Source of the DNA: a virus
Direction: 5' to 3' (one strand)
IMG/VR virus record: IMGVR_UViG_3300008108_000039
Location: 103,480-167,479 of that record
DNA: 64,000 nt
Position 1 is the stretch's first letter, and the number at the start of each line of letters is the position of its first letter. Positions 50,101 to 59,401 of this stretch are shown one piece after another. A program made the translations under genes and the position numbers. The notes beneath the pieces were generated by a model that had not been told where the DNA came from, ran no database searches, and saw only the letters and a list, made by a program, of their open reading frames with translations.

Positions 50101-51919
50101 TAACAGATCCTGATATTATGTTATAATAATCTTTATTAGGAATACCAAAAATAGATGTAAATGTATTTAAACCACTAACAGTTCCTTTTTGTTTTAATAA
50201 TAAAGGTAAATTATGATAAATACGTTTGTAAGATTCAATTAATAAATCTTTACGAGGAATGTTATTTAAAAAACTACTTGTAGCACTAAAATTATTTAAT
50301 GAACCACTATATGAACCACTCCCAGCATTAGTTCCTAATAAATAATTATTTAAGTCTTGATTACTAAAACTATTATAGACATCTATTCCTAAAGATTTTA
50401 ATACATCATATACTAAATCTTTAGATACACCTATATTTAAATTATTATTTGCTAAATTATTGTCAGTAACTGCTTTTAAATAAATCCATATATTATCAAA
50501 ATACTGACCCATCATATTGACAAAAGTCAAATAATTTTGATTATTATCATCATCCTTAACAAAAGAAGGAATAATATATTCTAAATTATTAAAATTATTT
50601 AAATCATAATTTATGGAGCGACTTAAAGCAGCATTAGACCAACTTATAGCTTGGTTAGAAGCTGTTGAAAATAAAGAATAAGGCTTATTTGATCCTATTT
50701 TAGGCCATGGTGTAATACCATATTCATATGATGAAGATATAGAACCTGATTCAAAATATAAAAATGATTCAAAACTATCAAAATTAATAATAATTTCATT
50801 TAAACTAGAAGAAGCAGTATTAATTTCAGATTTAAGACTTCCTATACTAGATGAAAAAGGACTATACTGAATAATTAAATTGTTATAATTTTCAATTTGT
50901 TTTACTTTAGTATAAAAATTACTTATACGACTTTTAGCAGAACTAAAAAATATAAATTTAGTAAAATCAGTATAATCTACATTAATATTTATACTTTGAG
51001 TTGCATTTAGACTTAATAATTGTCTGTAGGATGAACTTTGAGCTGCTTGTAATCCTAATAATAAATTATTGTAATTTTGATATGAGGTAGGTATAGTTCC
51101 TTGTTCTAAAATTTCTATATCAAAATTAGGACCTCTTAATGTTGGTGGGGGAGAAGGAATAACTAGTTTATCTAAATTAATATCAAATACATAAGGATTA
51201 ACCTTTTCTTCTACCACCCATAACGAAGTTTTTTCGTTTATACTTAATGGTAAAGGTTCATATAATTTAAATAATATTTCATAACCAGGATCTACAACAT
51301 TTAAAGCAATATTTACTGCTATTGCTTGTATATTATTACTAAAATTTAAAATATAATCTGTAAAATAAATAGAACCTGTAGATTCATTAATTAGATTAGT
51401 AACACTTTTTTCTATTTCCCCATTTGTTAATGTTGTAGAACCAACTCTTAATTCAGTTCTATCTGCTGAAATTTCTTTAATAAATAAATCTCTACTAGAT
51501 GGATTAGAAATTTTATTAGTAAAAAAGTTATATTGAACTCTAAATTCCCCAGATGAATAACCTATTTTTTGTAGATCCATAACTGGATCTATTTCTACTA
51601 TAGGTAATGTAGATAAAGATGAAGTAAATACTGATACAGTTCCTATAGGTAAATCAGCTATTGAGCCGTAGATATTAGGAGATGTTTGAGTTGATGGTAT
51701 AAGGCCTTGATCAGAAGGTAATTTAAAATTACGATAGTTATAATCTAAATTTAATAAATTTCCACCAGCGTCGTATATATAATATTCAATATAATCATTA
51801 GATTTTCCAAAACTTTCTTGAATGTTTTGAGAAGAAATTAACCTAATATCATCATTAGAATAGCGAGATACTACAGTACTATTTAAAATATTACCTATTA
51901 TTTTAATATTATCTGCCAT
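47117..51919 (-). CDS. Large baseplate wedge protein (gp7/gpI-like domain)
   Basis: 1600 aa. IPSFV.DD...FVNMMGQYFD and IYHNLPLLLKQKGT...FGIP are P2 gpI-like wedge motifs. S/T/N-rich. Confidence 0.7.
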   Translation of the reverse strand: MADNIKIIGNILNSTVVSRYSNDDIRLISSQNIQESFGKSNDYIEYYIYDAGGNLLNLDYNYRNFKLPSDQGLIPSTQTSPNIYGSIADLPIGTVSVFTSSLSTLPIVEIDPVMDLQKIGYSSGEFRVQYNFFTNKISNPSSRDLFIKEISADRTELRVGSTTLTNGEIEKSVTNLINESTGSIYFTDYILNFSNNIQAIAVNIALNVVDPGYEILFKLYEPLPLSINEKTSLWVVEEKVNPYVFDINLDKLVIPSPPPTLRGPNFDIEILEQGTIPTSYQNYNNLLLGLQAAQSSSYRQLLSLNATQSININVDYTDFTKFIFFSSAKSRISNFYTKVKQIENYNNLIIQYSPFSSSIGSLKSEINTASSSLNEIIINFDSFESFLYFESGSISSSYEYGITPWPKIGSNKPYSLFSTASNQAISWSNAALSRSINYDLNNFNNLEYIIPSFVKDDDNNQNYLTFVNMMGQYFDNIWIYLKAVTDNNLANNNLNIGVSKDLVYDVLKSLGIDVYNSFSNQDLNNYLLGTNAGSGSYSGSLNNFSATSSFLNNIPRKDLLIESYKRIYHNLPLLLKQKGTVSGLNTFTSIFGIPNKDYYNIISGSVTSSFYTPTGSAFVSASIIEVKEFGGATKTELLTGFNNNKVRIANTIITGSVLSPYISIQSPTSESSKFRNKDEHYVDISFSPQSQIDTYVSRSISANNPNWVLDNYIGDPRQLYSGSYDDLITQKDIYFRQGTGSFRGFTGSLLDYNGFTRLIQYFDNSLFKMLKDYIPARANLSTGVTINSPVLERNKISYARPNTTSVQTVYQSSISASQINAQYDLLFRNLPGDKRAFYNGEISGSNLNLYNTYFIPSNENPYLGDFNLYNNQHPINQRIDLNNFSRSGFNVIINNVSNNRLSSTRRNIEFSGSFVAGIGSGSISIYTSASLQDSNLELVSYFRPRYEGTKLNSITYNNYTSASTTYGGDQSFGKTAVIDHYVRKIGLFTQIVSSSFLKVPLRNNVILKYLVDEFGSLTELNQRNKHWEEVQNTFKAGFNTVISQFDNQQYSNQKTTDGSKFIFNSGYNYAPILYFSSSEDHKLFFQYSDNVASSLFRVNNTNGFITGSGTSFARYQMLTQSNAPATHPSGNIYQLFDVPDTNYNNGNAFYTNGSNVTKQFPTYSVSQTGNYYFDADFGINFSYPESNNSSIYKFRIVSSTTPGGTINVLASDTKTISSTNTSTQVNSTLYYNNGSLDDARTPGPPYSSVNDLFTFTTPTSIQVYNSSNSLVATISAGSLVFAVATSLAVTYYAGCDGSSERYIDLGNYQINYIYAYTPPAGVKTILPGSSDLNVGSSTTIINSICNERIKTAVPTILLTTNMYTYPSPVLNSTVRFTVSTPETNLLSGSLVSFQLFQESTTTVNYTASLLPTGDGTIYDGLRNRQSANQTGNIPFATSSLEPFVSGSTNNNTFILNRSLSNLKDYLFLPNTGSNSLYATYGNVDYTFSPKVGDQLIVYYVNNTQYFECTISGVSTVDSKLNLQVSPNLPGLLAIPTYSTTTISRFILLTKLKDETNMILVFPKRDGETSYGFVIPSNISPDVLDNIDVITKEVKQKLLQT

Positions 51920-52257
51920 TATTTAATATTCAAATCTTTAATTGTTTTTTGAGTATCTAAAAGTTCTTGTCTTAAAGAAGTAATTTCATCTAATAATGCT
52001 TGTACATTAGTTGTGCTAATATCTACTCCTAAATAATCTGCTTCTCTTTGTAAAATATATTGATGTGAATTACTTTCTCCATCTTTAGGAATTTGATAAA
52101 ACAAATTTTCATATAATTGAAAGAAATCATCAACAGTAAATGTTGGGGTTTCTTCAAATGTTTGATTATTTAATAATTGATTAAAATTAGTATCAATTAC
52201 TTTTAAATAACTATCTTTTTTAAAAACAGTTTTTTGTATTGGAATCTGAGACGACAT
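51919..52257 (-). CDS. Hypothetical baseplate-region protein
   Basis: 112-aa coupled ORF with FFQLYENLFYQIP. Confidence 0.7.
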   Translation of the reverse strand: MSSQIPIQKTVFKKDSYLKVIDTNFNQLLNNQTFEETPTFTVDDFFQLYENLFYQIPKDGESNSHQYILQREADYLGVDISTTNVQALLDEITSLRQELLDTQKTIKDLNIK

Positions 52258-53360
52258 TACTTATTAACTTTAAAATAATAACTATTATCACTTATAATTG
52301 TTTCACCAGTTGATAATACAGTTTTAATTAAAAATTTATAATAACGATCTGGTTCTAATCCATTCATATATAAAGTAAAATAATTACCTACTGAATCACA
52401 ACTAATTTTAGTATAATTTGTATCATAATCTATAATAATTTCTTGGGTATCCAAATCTACTAATGACCAATATGAAGTAGGTGGTAAAATTTTATTTACT
52501 AAATATATGGAAGTAGTTTGAAATACCCTAGTAGGATATTTATCTCTTACATTTATTCTAAAACGTTGTACTGAATCTTGTTTAAATTCACCTTTATTTT
52601 CTCCCATAGTAGCTACAAATAAGTTATTATTTATGGCTTGTAAAGATCCAGGAGAATATGATGAATCATCCCATCTAATTTCTAAACATGGAGGGTAAAT
52701 TGTATGGGTATTATCTGAAAAATATTTTGTTTCAAATTTAGAAGCTGAAGTAAATTCTATAGATGATGAATGTTTTAAAATAATACCATAATTAGGTATA
52801 GAAGAACTATACCATGCATTTACAGTATTAGTTATATCCATTTCTATATCTTTAGAAGTAGAAAAACTAAAAGATTGTGTTGATTGATAATTTGAACCTG
52901 TATACCATAATCCACCTCCAACTGTACCATTAACTCTATAAGAGCCTGTAGTACCTGTTGGTAAGCTTCCAACAATAAACCATGTGCTACCACTTACTAA
53001 ATCTTTATATTGCCAACTAGCACCATTACTAGTAATGGGAGAATTAGCTAATCTACCCGTACCTTTATTCCAGTCAACAGCTATGGGGTGATTAAACAAG
53101 GTGTAATTTAGAGGTAAAGCAGTAGCATTAGCTAAATATGCTTTAAAATAAGCACTATAATTATTACCATTAACTTTACTAGTAATAGTATCAACAATCT
53201 CGTCTGTAGGAAATTTAATTAAAACACGGGATACTTCATCAGTTCCATTGATACTATAATATGTACTAACTTCTAGTATTTCGTCTAATCCCGTGTTAGT
53301 AGTGGGATAGAATGAATATAAAGTAGCACTTTTTTCAGGAAATATTTTATAAACAGCCAT
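52257..53360 (-). CDS. Virion structural protein (baseplate region)
   Basis: ATLYS...NTGLDEILE, RVLIKF, NYGIILK, FS.NTHTIYPP.L pattern, possibly DNRLRE-like. Confidence 0.65.
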   Translation of the reverse strand: MAVYKIFPEKSATLYSFYPTTNTGLDEILEVSTYYSINGTDEVSRVLIKFPTDEIVDTITSKVNGNNYSAYFKAYLANATALPLNYTLFNHPIAVDWNKGTGRLANSPITSNGASWQYKDLVSGSTWFIVGSLPTGTTGSYRVNGTVGGGLWYTGSNYQSTQSFSFSTSKDIEMDITNTVNAWYSSSIPNYGIILKHSSSIEFTSASKFETKYFSDNTHTIYPPCLEIRWDDSSYSPGSLQAINNNLFVATMGENKGEFKQDSVQRFRINVRDKYPTRVFQTTSIYLVNKILPPTSYWSLVDLDTQEIIIDYDTNYTKISCDSVGNYFTLYMNGLEPDRYYKFLIKTVLSTGETIISDNSYYFKVNK

Positions 53361-53394
53361 AATTTAATGTTATTACATATAAATATAATGTTTA

Positions 53395-53928
53395 TTAAAT
53401 ATTTACATAAGTTGTACCAGGTATAAAATCTTTTCTATTATGTTTATCTAATAACTGTTTCCAAGTATAACCAAAATCTTTTTGAAAATGTGGTGAATCT
53501 TTAAATTTCCAATTACCTCCCCATTCCCATCCATTAGACTTAAGAATATTTACTACTTCCATCCAATCAGCTTTACCATCTTTATCAAAATCTTTTACTT
53601 CATTCCAAGATGCTGATTCAAAAGTATTATTGTTATCATTATCTGCAAGTAATACTATATCCAAAGCTAATCCATAGTTATGTATGCTTTGTCCACCTTT
53701 AGCTTTAGTTACTATACCTAAACGTTTACCATTATTATCAAATAATTTTGTTCTACCTTGAGCAAATAAAGCGTCTTGTTCAGCAAAAGTTCTTAAAGTA
53801 TAAGCAAATCTACAAATTGCTCGACCTGTTAAAGCAGGCACAATTTGTGATCTATATATATGTTCTACTTCATTTTTTACTTTTGGATGTAACTGTTGAA
53901 TTCGATTTAATGTAATTTTATCTTCCAT
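53395..53928 (-). CDS. Endolysin, M15 L-Ala-D-Glu peptidase family
   Basis: LHP, RTFAEQDALFAQGRT, GGQSIHNYGLALD, WGGNW, DSPHFQ. Confidence 0.92.
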   Translation of the reverse strand: MEDKITLNRIQQLHPKVKNEVEHIYRSQIVPALTGRAICRFAYTLRTFAEQDALFAQGRTKLFDNNGKRLGIVTKAKGGQSIHNYGLALDIVLLADNDNNNTFESASWNEVKDFDKDGKADWMEVVNILKSNGWEWGGNWKFKDSPHFQKDFGYTWKQLLDKHNRKDFIPGTTYVNI

Positions 53929-53938
53929 AAATTAATTT

Positions 53939-55747
53939 TTAATAAATAACAACTCTACCTTGTATATCTGTGTTAGGATATCTAACTTCGAATATTGATG
54001 GGTCTAATGAAGGGTAAATATTACCATTTTTAGTAGCTCCCATTATATCATAACCATATTGAGAATAAATAACCCCAGTACTATCTTGTTTATTTACAAT
54101 TTCTACTTTTACTACTGATTGTACTCCTTTAACTTGTAAAAGTTTAGAATATATATCAGATATAATAATTGGTTGATTAATTTGCCAAGAATTAATATTA
54201 AAATGATCTTGTAAAACGGCTATACAACTTTGCAATACATCTTTATTATTGTATCCTGTTGAAGTAGTAATATCAAAATTAACTCCTATATTAATATAGA
54301 AAGCATCTCTAATATTAATAGCATCAGTAACCATTCTATATTCATTTAAATAAGTAGTTAAATTTTGTTTTAATGTAGTAGAAGCAGTAGTTAATTGTTT
54401 AGATGCATTATAAGCTAAAATATATAAATCTAAGGATAATGGATTATCAGATATTCCTCTTTCATTAAAGTCTTGAGTAATATAAGCTTTAGCTATACTT
54501 CCATAATTTGAAGGTAAAGATAAAGTTCTTACTATATAATCATTTTTAGTAACAGCACGTAATTGAGAAGAATAAGCATATAAAGCATTATTTCTAATTT
54601 CTTCAATTTCATCTCCTCCTCTACCACCTACAGCAGGAGTAGGATTATTTGATACCACACTATTAATAATAGTACTAGCCAAACCTCCAGAATAACCTGA
54701 TTTAAATGTAACTCCTGTTGTATCAATTACTGTTAAATCATTTACAGGTACATTTGAAGTAATACCTCCTCCTACTAAATATCTTACAGTTAATGTAGTA
54801 TTAGATGGAGCAATACCATATTCTTGAGTATAAAATATAGAGGCTTGATTAAAATTATCTCTTAATAAAGATATACCTGGTACTAAACCTAATTGAATAT
54901 TATCAGGATTAGGTAAAATAGTATTATCATTTCTAGTAGATACCCCAGCTCCAAATTCTAATTGCAATGTATCATCTGATAAAAATCTAGATACAAATCT
55001 ATATGGTACACGTTGAATTGTAAGTAAATAAGGTACCTGGTCTGTTACTGATGTTGGATTATTAATTTTATTAAATATACTAGATTGGGCAAGATAAGGT
55101 ACTTCGTACCATTTATTTCCTTGAGTATCCGTTATGTCTAGTACTTGTAATATATTATTATCACTTACAGTAGCGGTTGAAAATTTTTGTGGAGTATTAA
55201 ATGAAAATGTTGTTGATTTTATTTCGGCTGAGATAGCTTGTACTGATTTTTTAACTAAAAAATAGGTAGCATCAACATATGTGATAACAGCACTTCCAGT
55301 ATTACTAAAATCTATTTGTTCAGTTGTTATAAACTTAGTTCCTGTAGAAGTTGATGTAATAACTGTATTTTCAGGAACTAATAAGGCAAAAGATGTATCA
55401 GGAATTGTTATTCCACCAGCTACTTTATTAGGCATTAATTGGTAAATATCAACGGTTGTTGATGAAGCGTATGATACTTTAGGGCGATAACCTAAAACAT
55501 AAGATAAAGCATATAAATTTGCTTTTTCTTTAGCATATAATAAAAAGTTTTCTTGAACTTGAGTATCTAAATAAAATGACATTACATCACCAACATAAGA
55601 TGCCATTTCAATAAACATATTTCCAGGGTTAGCATCTGAAAAATCATTGTATGCTGTTGGAAAGTATGTTTTAGCATAATTTATAAGGTTTGCCTTAAAA
55701 TCACTAAAATTTTTATTTAAATACGATATATTTTTTTCTTCGTTCAT
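53939..55747 (-). CDS. gp6: Baseplate wedge protein (T4 gp6 / gpJ-like)
   Basis: YNDFS, YVGDVMSFYLD, LGYRPK, GGRGGDEIEEIR, QLRAVTKNDY. Confidence 0.9.
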   Translation of the reverse strand: MNEEKNISYLNKNFSDFKANLINYAKTYFPTAYNDFSDANPGNMFIEMASYVGDVMSFYLDTQVQENFLLYAKEKANLYALSYVLGYRPKVSYASSTTVDIYQLMPNKVAGGITIPDTSFALLVPENTVITSTSTGTKFITTEQIDFSNTGSAVITYVDATYFLVKKSVQAISAEIKSTTFSFNTPQKFSTATVSDNNILQVLDITDTQGNKWYEVPYLAQSSIFNKINNPTSVTDQVPYLLTIQRVPYRFVSRFLSDDTLQLEFGAGVSTRNDNTILPNPDNIQLGLVPGISLLRDNFNQASIFYTQEYGIAPSNTTLTVRYLVGGGITSNVPVNDLTVIDTTGVTFKSGYSGGLASTIINSVVSNNPTPAVGGRGGDEIEEIRNNALYAYSSQLRAVTKNDYIVRTLSLPSNYGSIAKAYITQDFNERGISDNPLSLDLYILAYNASKQLTTASTTLKQNLTTYLNEYRMVTDAINIRDAFYINIGVNFDITTSTGYNNKDVLQSCIAVLQDHFNINSWQINQPIIISDIYSKLLQVKGVQSVVKVEIVNKQDSTGVIYSQYGYDIMGATKNGNIYPSLDPSIFEVRYPNTDIQGRVVIY

Positions 55748-55749
55748 TA

Positions 55750-56160
55750 TTAATTAAATTGAACTGTAATTTGATCAGATGCTCCAGATATATTTAATCT
55801 GTAGCTTATTGTTATATTTAATGTATTATAATCAGGATTGGAATTAATATCAATATCAGTTAATGTTACTTCAGGTATAAAAGTATTTACAGCGTTTATT
55901 ATTTTAAATCTTATTATTTCATTATTATCTTCATTTATTCCTTCAAATAATGAACGCCTTAAATCAGCCCCAAATTCCGGGTTCATTACTCTTTCACCCT
56001 TATCAGTTAATAATAAATTAATTAAATTTGACCTAATTTGATCTTTAGTACTATAAGTTCTATTAAAAGCACTAGGAGAACTAAAAGGTAGTGATATTCC
56101 AATTGCAATATTTTTTTGTAAATCTAATGGATTTACGCGTATTGTTTGTTGAATTGGCAT
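55750..56160 (-). CDS. gp25: Baseplate wedge / sheath initiator (T4 gp25-like)
   Basis: NLINLLLTDKGERVMNPEFGADL. Confidence 0.92.
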   Translation of the reverse strand: MPIQQTIRVNPLDLQKNIAIGISLPFSSPSAFNRTYSTKDQIRSNLINLLLTDKGERVMNPEFGADLRRSLFEGINEDNNEIIRFKIINAVNTFIPEVTLTDIDINSNPDYNTLNITISYRLNISGASDQITVQFN

Positions 56161-56161
56161 A

Positions 56162-56527
56162 TTAATCTAAATTTCTTAACCCTTGTCTGTCCATTGGTGT
56201 CATATTATTAGCAGCATCTTCTATAAAAGCTAAATATGGATTTACTTTTTCACCAGTAGATTCATCAACGGCATCTATTACTTTTAAACTATTAGTTGCT
56301 GAAGGTTGTGAAAATCCAAAAACTTCACCCATTTGAGTAGCTAATTGATTACGTACATTCGATACAGTCGATGGTACATTAGCACTAGTAAAATTTAAAG
56401 TTTTATTTTCACGTAATGCTTTTTTTTCCTGTCTAGCCATATGTTCTTCAAGAATATAAGGCAATTCTTCATGAATGGCATCAACTACGGCTTCTTTAAT
56501 TAATTTTTTAAATGTTTTAGTGTTCAT
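56162..56527 (-). CDS. Hypothetical protein with leader motif
   Basis: MNTKTFKKLIKEAVVDAIHEE; late-type motif directly upstream. Confidence 0.7.
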   Translation of the reverse strand: MNTKTFKKLIKEAVVDAIHEELPYILEEHMARQEKKALRENKTLNFTSANVPSTVSNVRNQLATQMGEVFGFSQPSATNSLKVIDAVDESTGEKVNPYLAFIEDAANNMTPMDRQGLRNLD

Positions 56528-56539
56528 AATTATAAATAT

Positions 56540-57811
56540 TTATCCTTGTAAATTTTTTTGATCTATTATTAATTTTAGTTCATTTACTAATACTTGAGGA
56601 TCTTGAGTAAATGAATAATCACTCCTAAGTGTTTCTACACCATAACGATCAATAGCTACAGCATAGTGTCGTTTATTACCTTCAACGATAAATTGTGTAT
56701 TTTGTTCTTCTTTAATATTAAATTTAAAACCTTTATAATCTTCAAATTTAGTTGAAGATCTAATTGAATTTAGTAATGATGTTAATTGATTATTATTTAA
56801 CATATTTGTAGTTTTACCATCAATTAATCCATTAACATTATTTATTTCTAATTTAAGACTTTCTAAGTCAAATATAGCTGATTGTAAAAGAGGAGATACT
56901 ACTGCTAAAACTGAACTTAATCCAACTATTATTCTTTCAGCTCTTACTAAAATATTTTGTAGTTTAAGTATAAAGTTAACAGGTATACCAATACCAGGAG
57001 GAACAGAAGTTGGTATAGGAATTGATAAAATTGCTCTAACTATTGCACTAAATATGTTAATATATAATTGATATTTAGTAACTTGCTCAGATATTTTTAA
57101 TAAATTTTGTTCAACTTCGTTTATAGCTTTTAATGTATTATCTCTAAGTATTATAGCTTGTTGTATTTTTTCTTCAGTATCAGCTTTATCTATAACTTCA
57201 TTTGTTTGATCTACTAAATTTTGTAATCGTTCATTTTGAGATATAGCTTTAATTAAAATTTCTGTTAGCGCTAAAGTTAAAATAGGTACTAAGTCTTTTT
57301 TAGCAAAATTCTTTAATGATTCTAATCTTTTTTTTCTTGCTTCGTCTTTTTCCTTTTTACTTCTTTTTTTTCTTTGTTGAAGTTTATCTTTTAATTTTTT
57401 TAATTTATCTTTAGATTTAGCATAAGGATCACTTACTATAGTAAGTAAACGTTTATCTAAATCATTTTGTTCTTCTTGAAGAAGCTTTTTATTAACCTCA
57501 TAATTTTTATTTTCTAAAGTTATAGCAATATTATATTCTTCTTCAGTTAATAACGGTGGTTTAGATTTATATTTTTTTTCTAAATCTAAAAGTTTTTGAG
57601 TATGATTAATTTCTAAATTAATCTTTTTTTGGATTGTTTGTTCTATTTCATTTTTTAATCTATCTACAATACTTAAAGATCCTTGCTTAATTTTTTGTAT
57701 AGCATTATTTTTTAATTGATCTCCAAAAGCCGTAGGAGGTTGTATTGTAGCTATAGTACTATTTATTTCAGAAGGAATTAAACTAGATATGTTAGTTGTA
57801 TTGTTAGACAT
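56540..57811 (-). CDS. Hypothetical coiled-coil protein with hydrophobic hairpin
   Basis: 423 aa; ILSIPIPTSVPPGIGIP lies between hydrophobic helices. Confidence 0.7.
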   Translation of the reverse strand: MSNNTTNISSLIPSEINSTIATIQPPTAFGDQLKNNAIQKIKQGSLSIVDRLKNEIEQTIQKKINLEINHTQKLLDLEKKYKSKPPLLTEEEYNIAITLENKNYEVNKKLLQEEQNDLDKRLLTIVSDPYAKSKDKLKKLKDKLQQRKKRSKKEKDEARKKRLESLKNFAKKDLVPILTLALTEILIKAISQNERLQNLVDQTNEVIDKADTEEKIQQAIILRDNTLKAINEVEQNLLKISEQVTKYQLYINIFSAIVRAILSIPIPTSVPPGIGIPVNFILKLQNILVRAERIIVGLSSVLAVVSPLLQSAIFDLESLKLEINNVNGLIDGKTTNMLNNNQLTSLLNSIRSSTKFEDYKGFKFNIKEEQNTQFIVEGNKRHYAVAIDRYGVETLRSDYSFTQDPQVLVNELKLIIDQKNLQG

Positions 57812-58986
57812 TACACAGTTGTGTTTTGTTTAGATAAAATTTTTAATAACTTTTTTTCATCCATTTCATTAACTAAAAATTCATTTAATTTAGTAGCAGC
57901 AGCATTAATTTGTATTAAATTAGATCCCGCTGGAGTAGATACTGCTGATGATAATTTTGAACAAAATATAGATAATTGATTTTGTAATTTAGATAAAAAG
58001 TCTACTAACTGAATTCCTAATACTAAAGGTTCATCTGGTAGACTATCATTTTTTGTACCTAAACAAATAAATTTAGAATTAATATGTACTCTTTCTTTAG
58101 CATTTAAGTTAATAACATTATTAGTATTTAATTCAATATTAGTTGTAGCAAATAATAATACATCATCTTTTTTAGAATTTATTACTATTCTATCAGAGTT
58201 TAATATTAATTGGGGGCCATAATATTTTTCTGGTGATGTTGGATTTGTAATAGGATTTAATATTCCTTTTCTATCAGTAATAAGAGGAATACTCTGTGTT
58301 GAGGTAAAATAAATAGAAGAAAATTCTTGATTTATTTTTTCAATATGAATAGGACTATTTTTATCTATATTATGTCCATTAGTTATTATTATAATAGGAT
58401 CACCATCTTCTCCAGGCCCACTACTCCACTCATTTAAATTAGCTTTATCTTTTACTGTACTACCAAAACGAATTGTATTACCTTTTCTACCCTGTATTAT
58501 TTTATCTCCTTCAAAACATAATAAATTTCTTATATCTTCATTAGATTTAAAAGTTTTAAAAGAATAACTATCACCAGCGGGCTGAGCATTTTGTTGAGAA
58601 TTATTCCATATATTTATAGTGTTTGTATAATAAGTTTGAATTGCATTAGATACTTCTTGTGATGCCGCTGAAGGGGATTCTTGCAAAGCTACTAATTCAC
58701 CTACTAAAGGATAAGAAATATCAGAACTAAAAGGTTTAGCTATTTTACAAGTATCTAAAAAAGAATCACTATAATCTCCTACTATATTTTTAGCTCCATC
58801 ATAATCAAGATAAAAAATAGTTCCAACAGCACTAAATCCACCTACTTTTTCAAATTGCTTTTTTGTAGGTGTATTTTCAGTAGTAACAACACCGTATACC
58901 CTACCTACTTGTGTTTTAGAAGTAGAGTTAAATATAGGTCTGTTACTTGATAAAAGTATCCCACTTAAATTTTGCCTTATTATCAT
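57811..58986 (-). CDS. Baseplate hub/spike protein (gp5-like)
   Basis: YPLVGE.V OB-fold-like start, EGD.IIQGR.GN.IRFGS, beta-repeat NSDRIVINSKKD, EPLVLG. Confidence 0.65.
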   Translation of the reverse strand: MIIRQNLSGILLSSNRPIFNSTSKTQVGRVYGVVTTENTPTKKQFEKVGGFSAVGTIFYLDYDGAKNIVGDYSDSFLDTCKIAKPFSSDISYPLVGELVALQESPSAASQEVSNAIQTYYTNTINIWNNSQQNAQPAGDSYSFKTFKSNEDIRNLLCFEGDKIIQGRKGNTIRFGSTVKDKANLNEWSSGPGEDGDPIIIITNGHNIDKNSPIHIEKINQEFSSIYFTSTQSIPLITDRKGILNPITNPTSPEKYYGPQLILNSDRIVINSKKDDVLLFATTNIELNTNNVINLNAKERVHINSKFICLGTKNDSLPDEPLVLGIQLVDFLSKLQNQLSIFCSKLSSAVSTPAGSNLIQINAAATKLNEFLVNEMDEKKLLKILSKQNTTV

Positions 58987-59372
58987 TATTTATATTCTAT
59001 TTGTGGCGTAGGAGTTTGTTCTAATAATTTTTGTCCTTGTTCTTGTATAGCTTTTTGTTCTTCTAACAACGATTCAATTTCACTCATATCAAATAAATCA
59101 CTATTATTGTTTACATTAGAACTAGCAGCACGTTGCGCAATAGCGGCCATTTTTATTAATTGTTCATTGTTTTTTACATTAACATCAATTAAATCTTTAA
59201 CAGTAGGCATTAACATTACGGCAGATCCTGCATTAGACGTGGCAATTGGTGTCATAGAATCTATAAGTCCACCAATTTGCTTATCAATATCCTTATTATT
59301 TTTATGTATTTTCTTAAATAAATCCGCTAAGGACATACCTTCAAATACTTCTATGCTATTAAAATTAGTCAT
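58986..59372 (-). CDS. Hypothetical protein
   Basis: 128-aa coupled helical ORF with a late-type motif upstream. Confidence 0.7.
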   Translation of the reverse strand: MTNFNSIEVFEGMSLADLFKKIHKNNKDIDKQIGGLIDSMTPIATSNAGSAVMLMPTVKDLIDVNVKNNEQLIKMAAIAQRAASSNVNNNSDLFDMSEIESLLEEQKAIQEQGQKLLEQTPTPQIEYK

Positions 59373-59401
59373 AAATTAGGTTTATCAATAAATATGAATA
59401 A

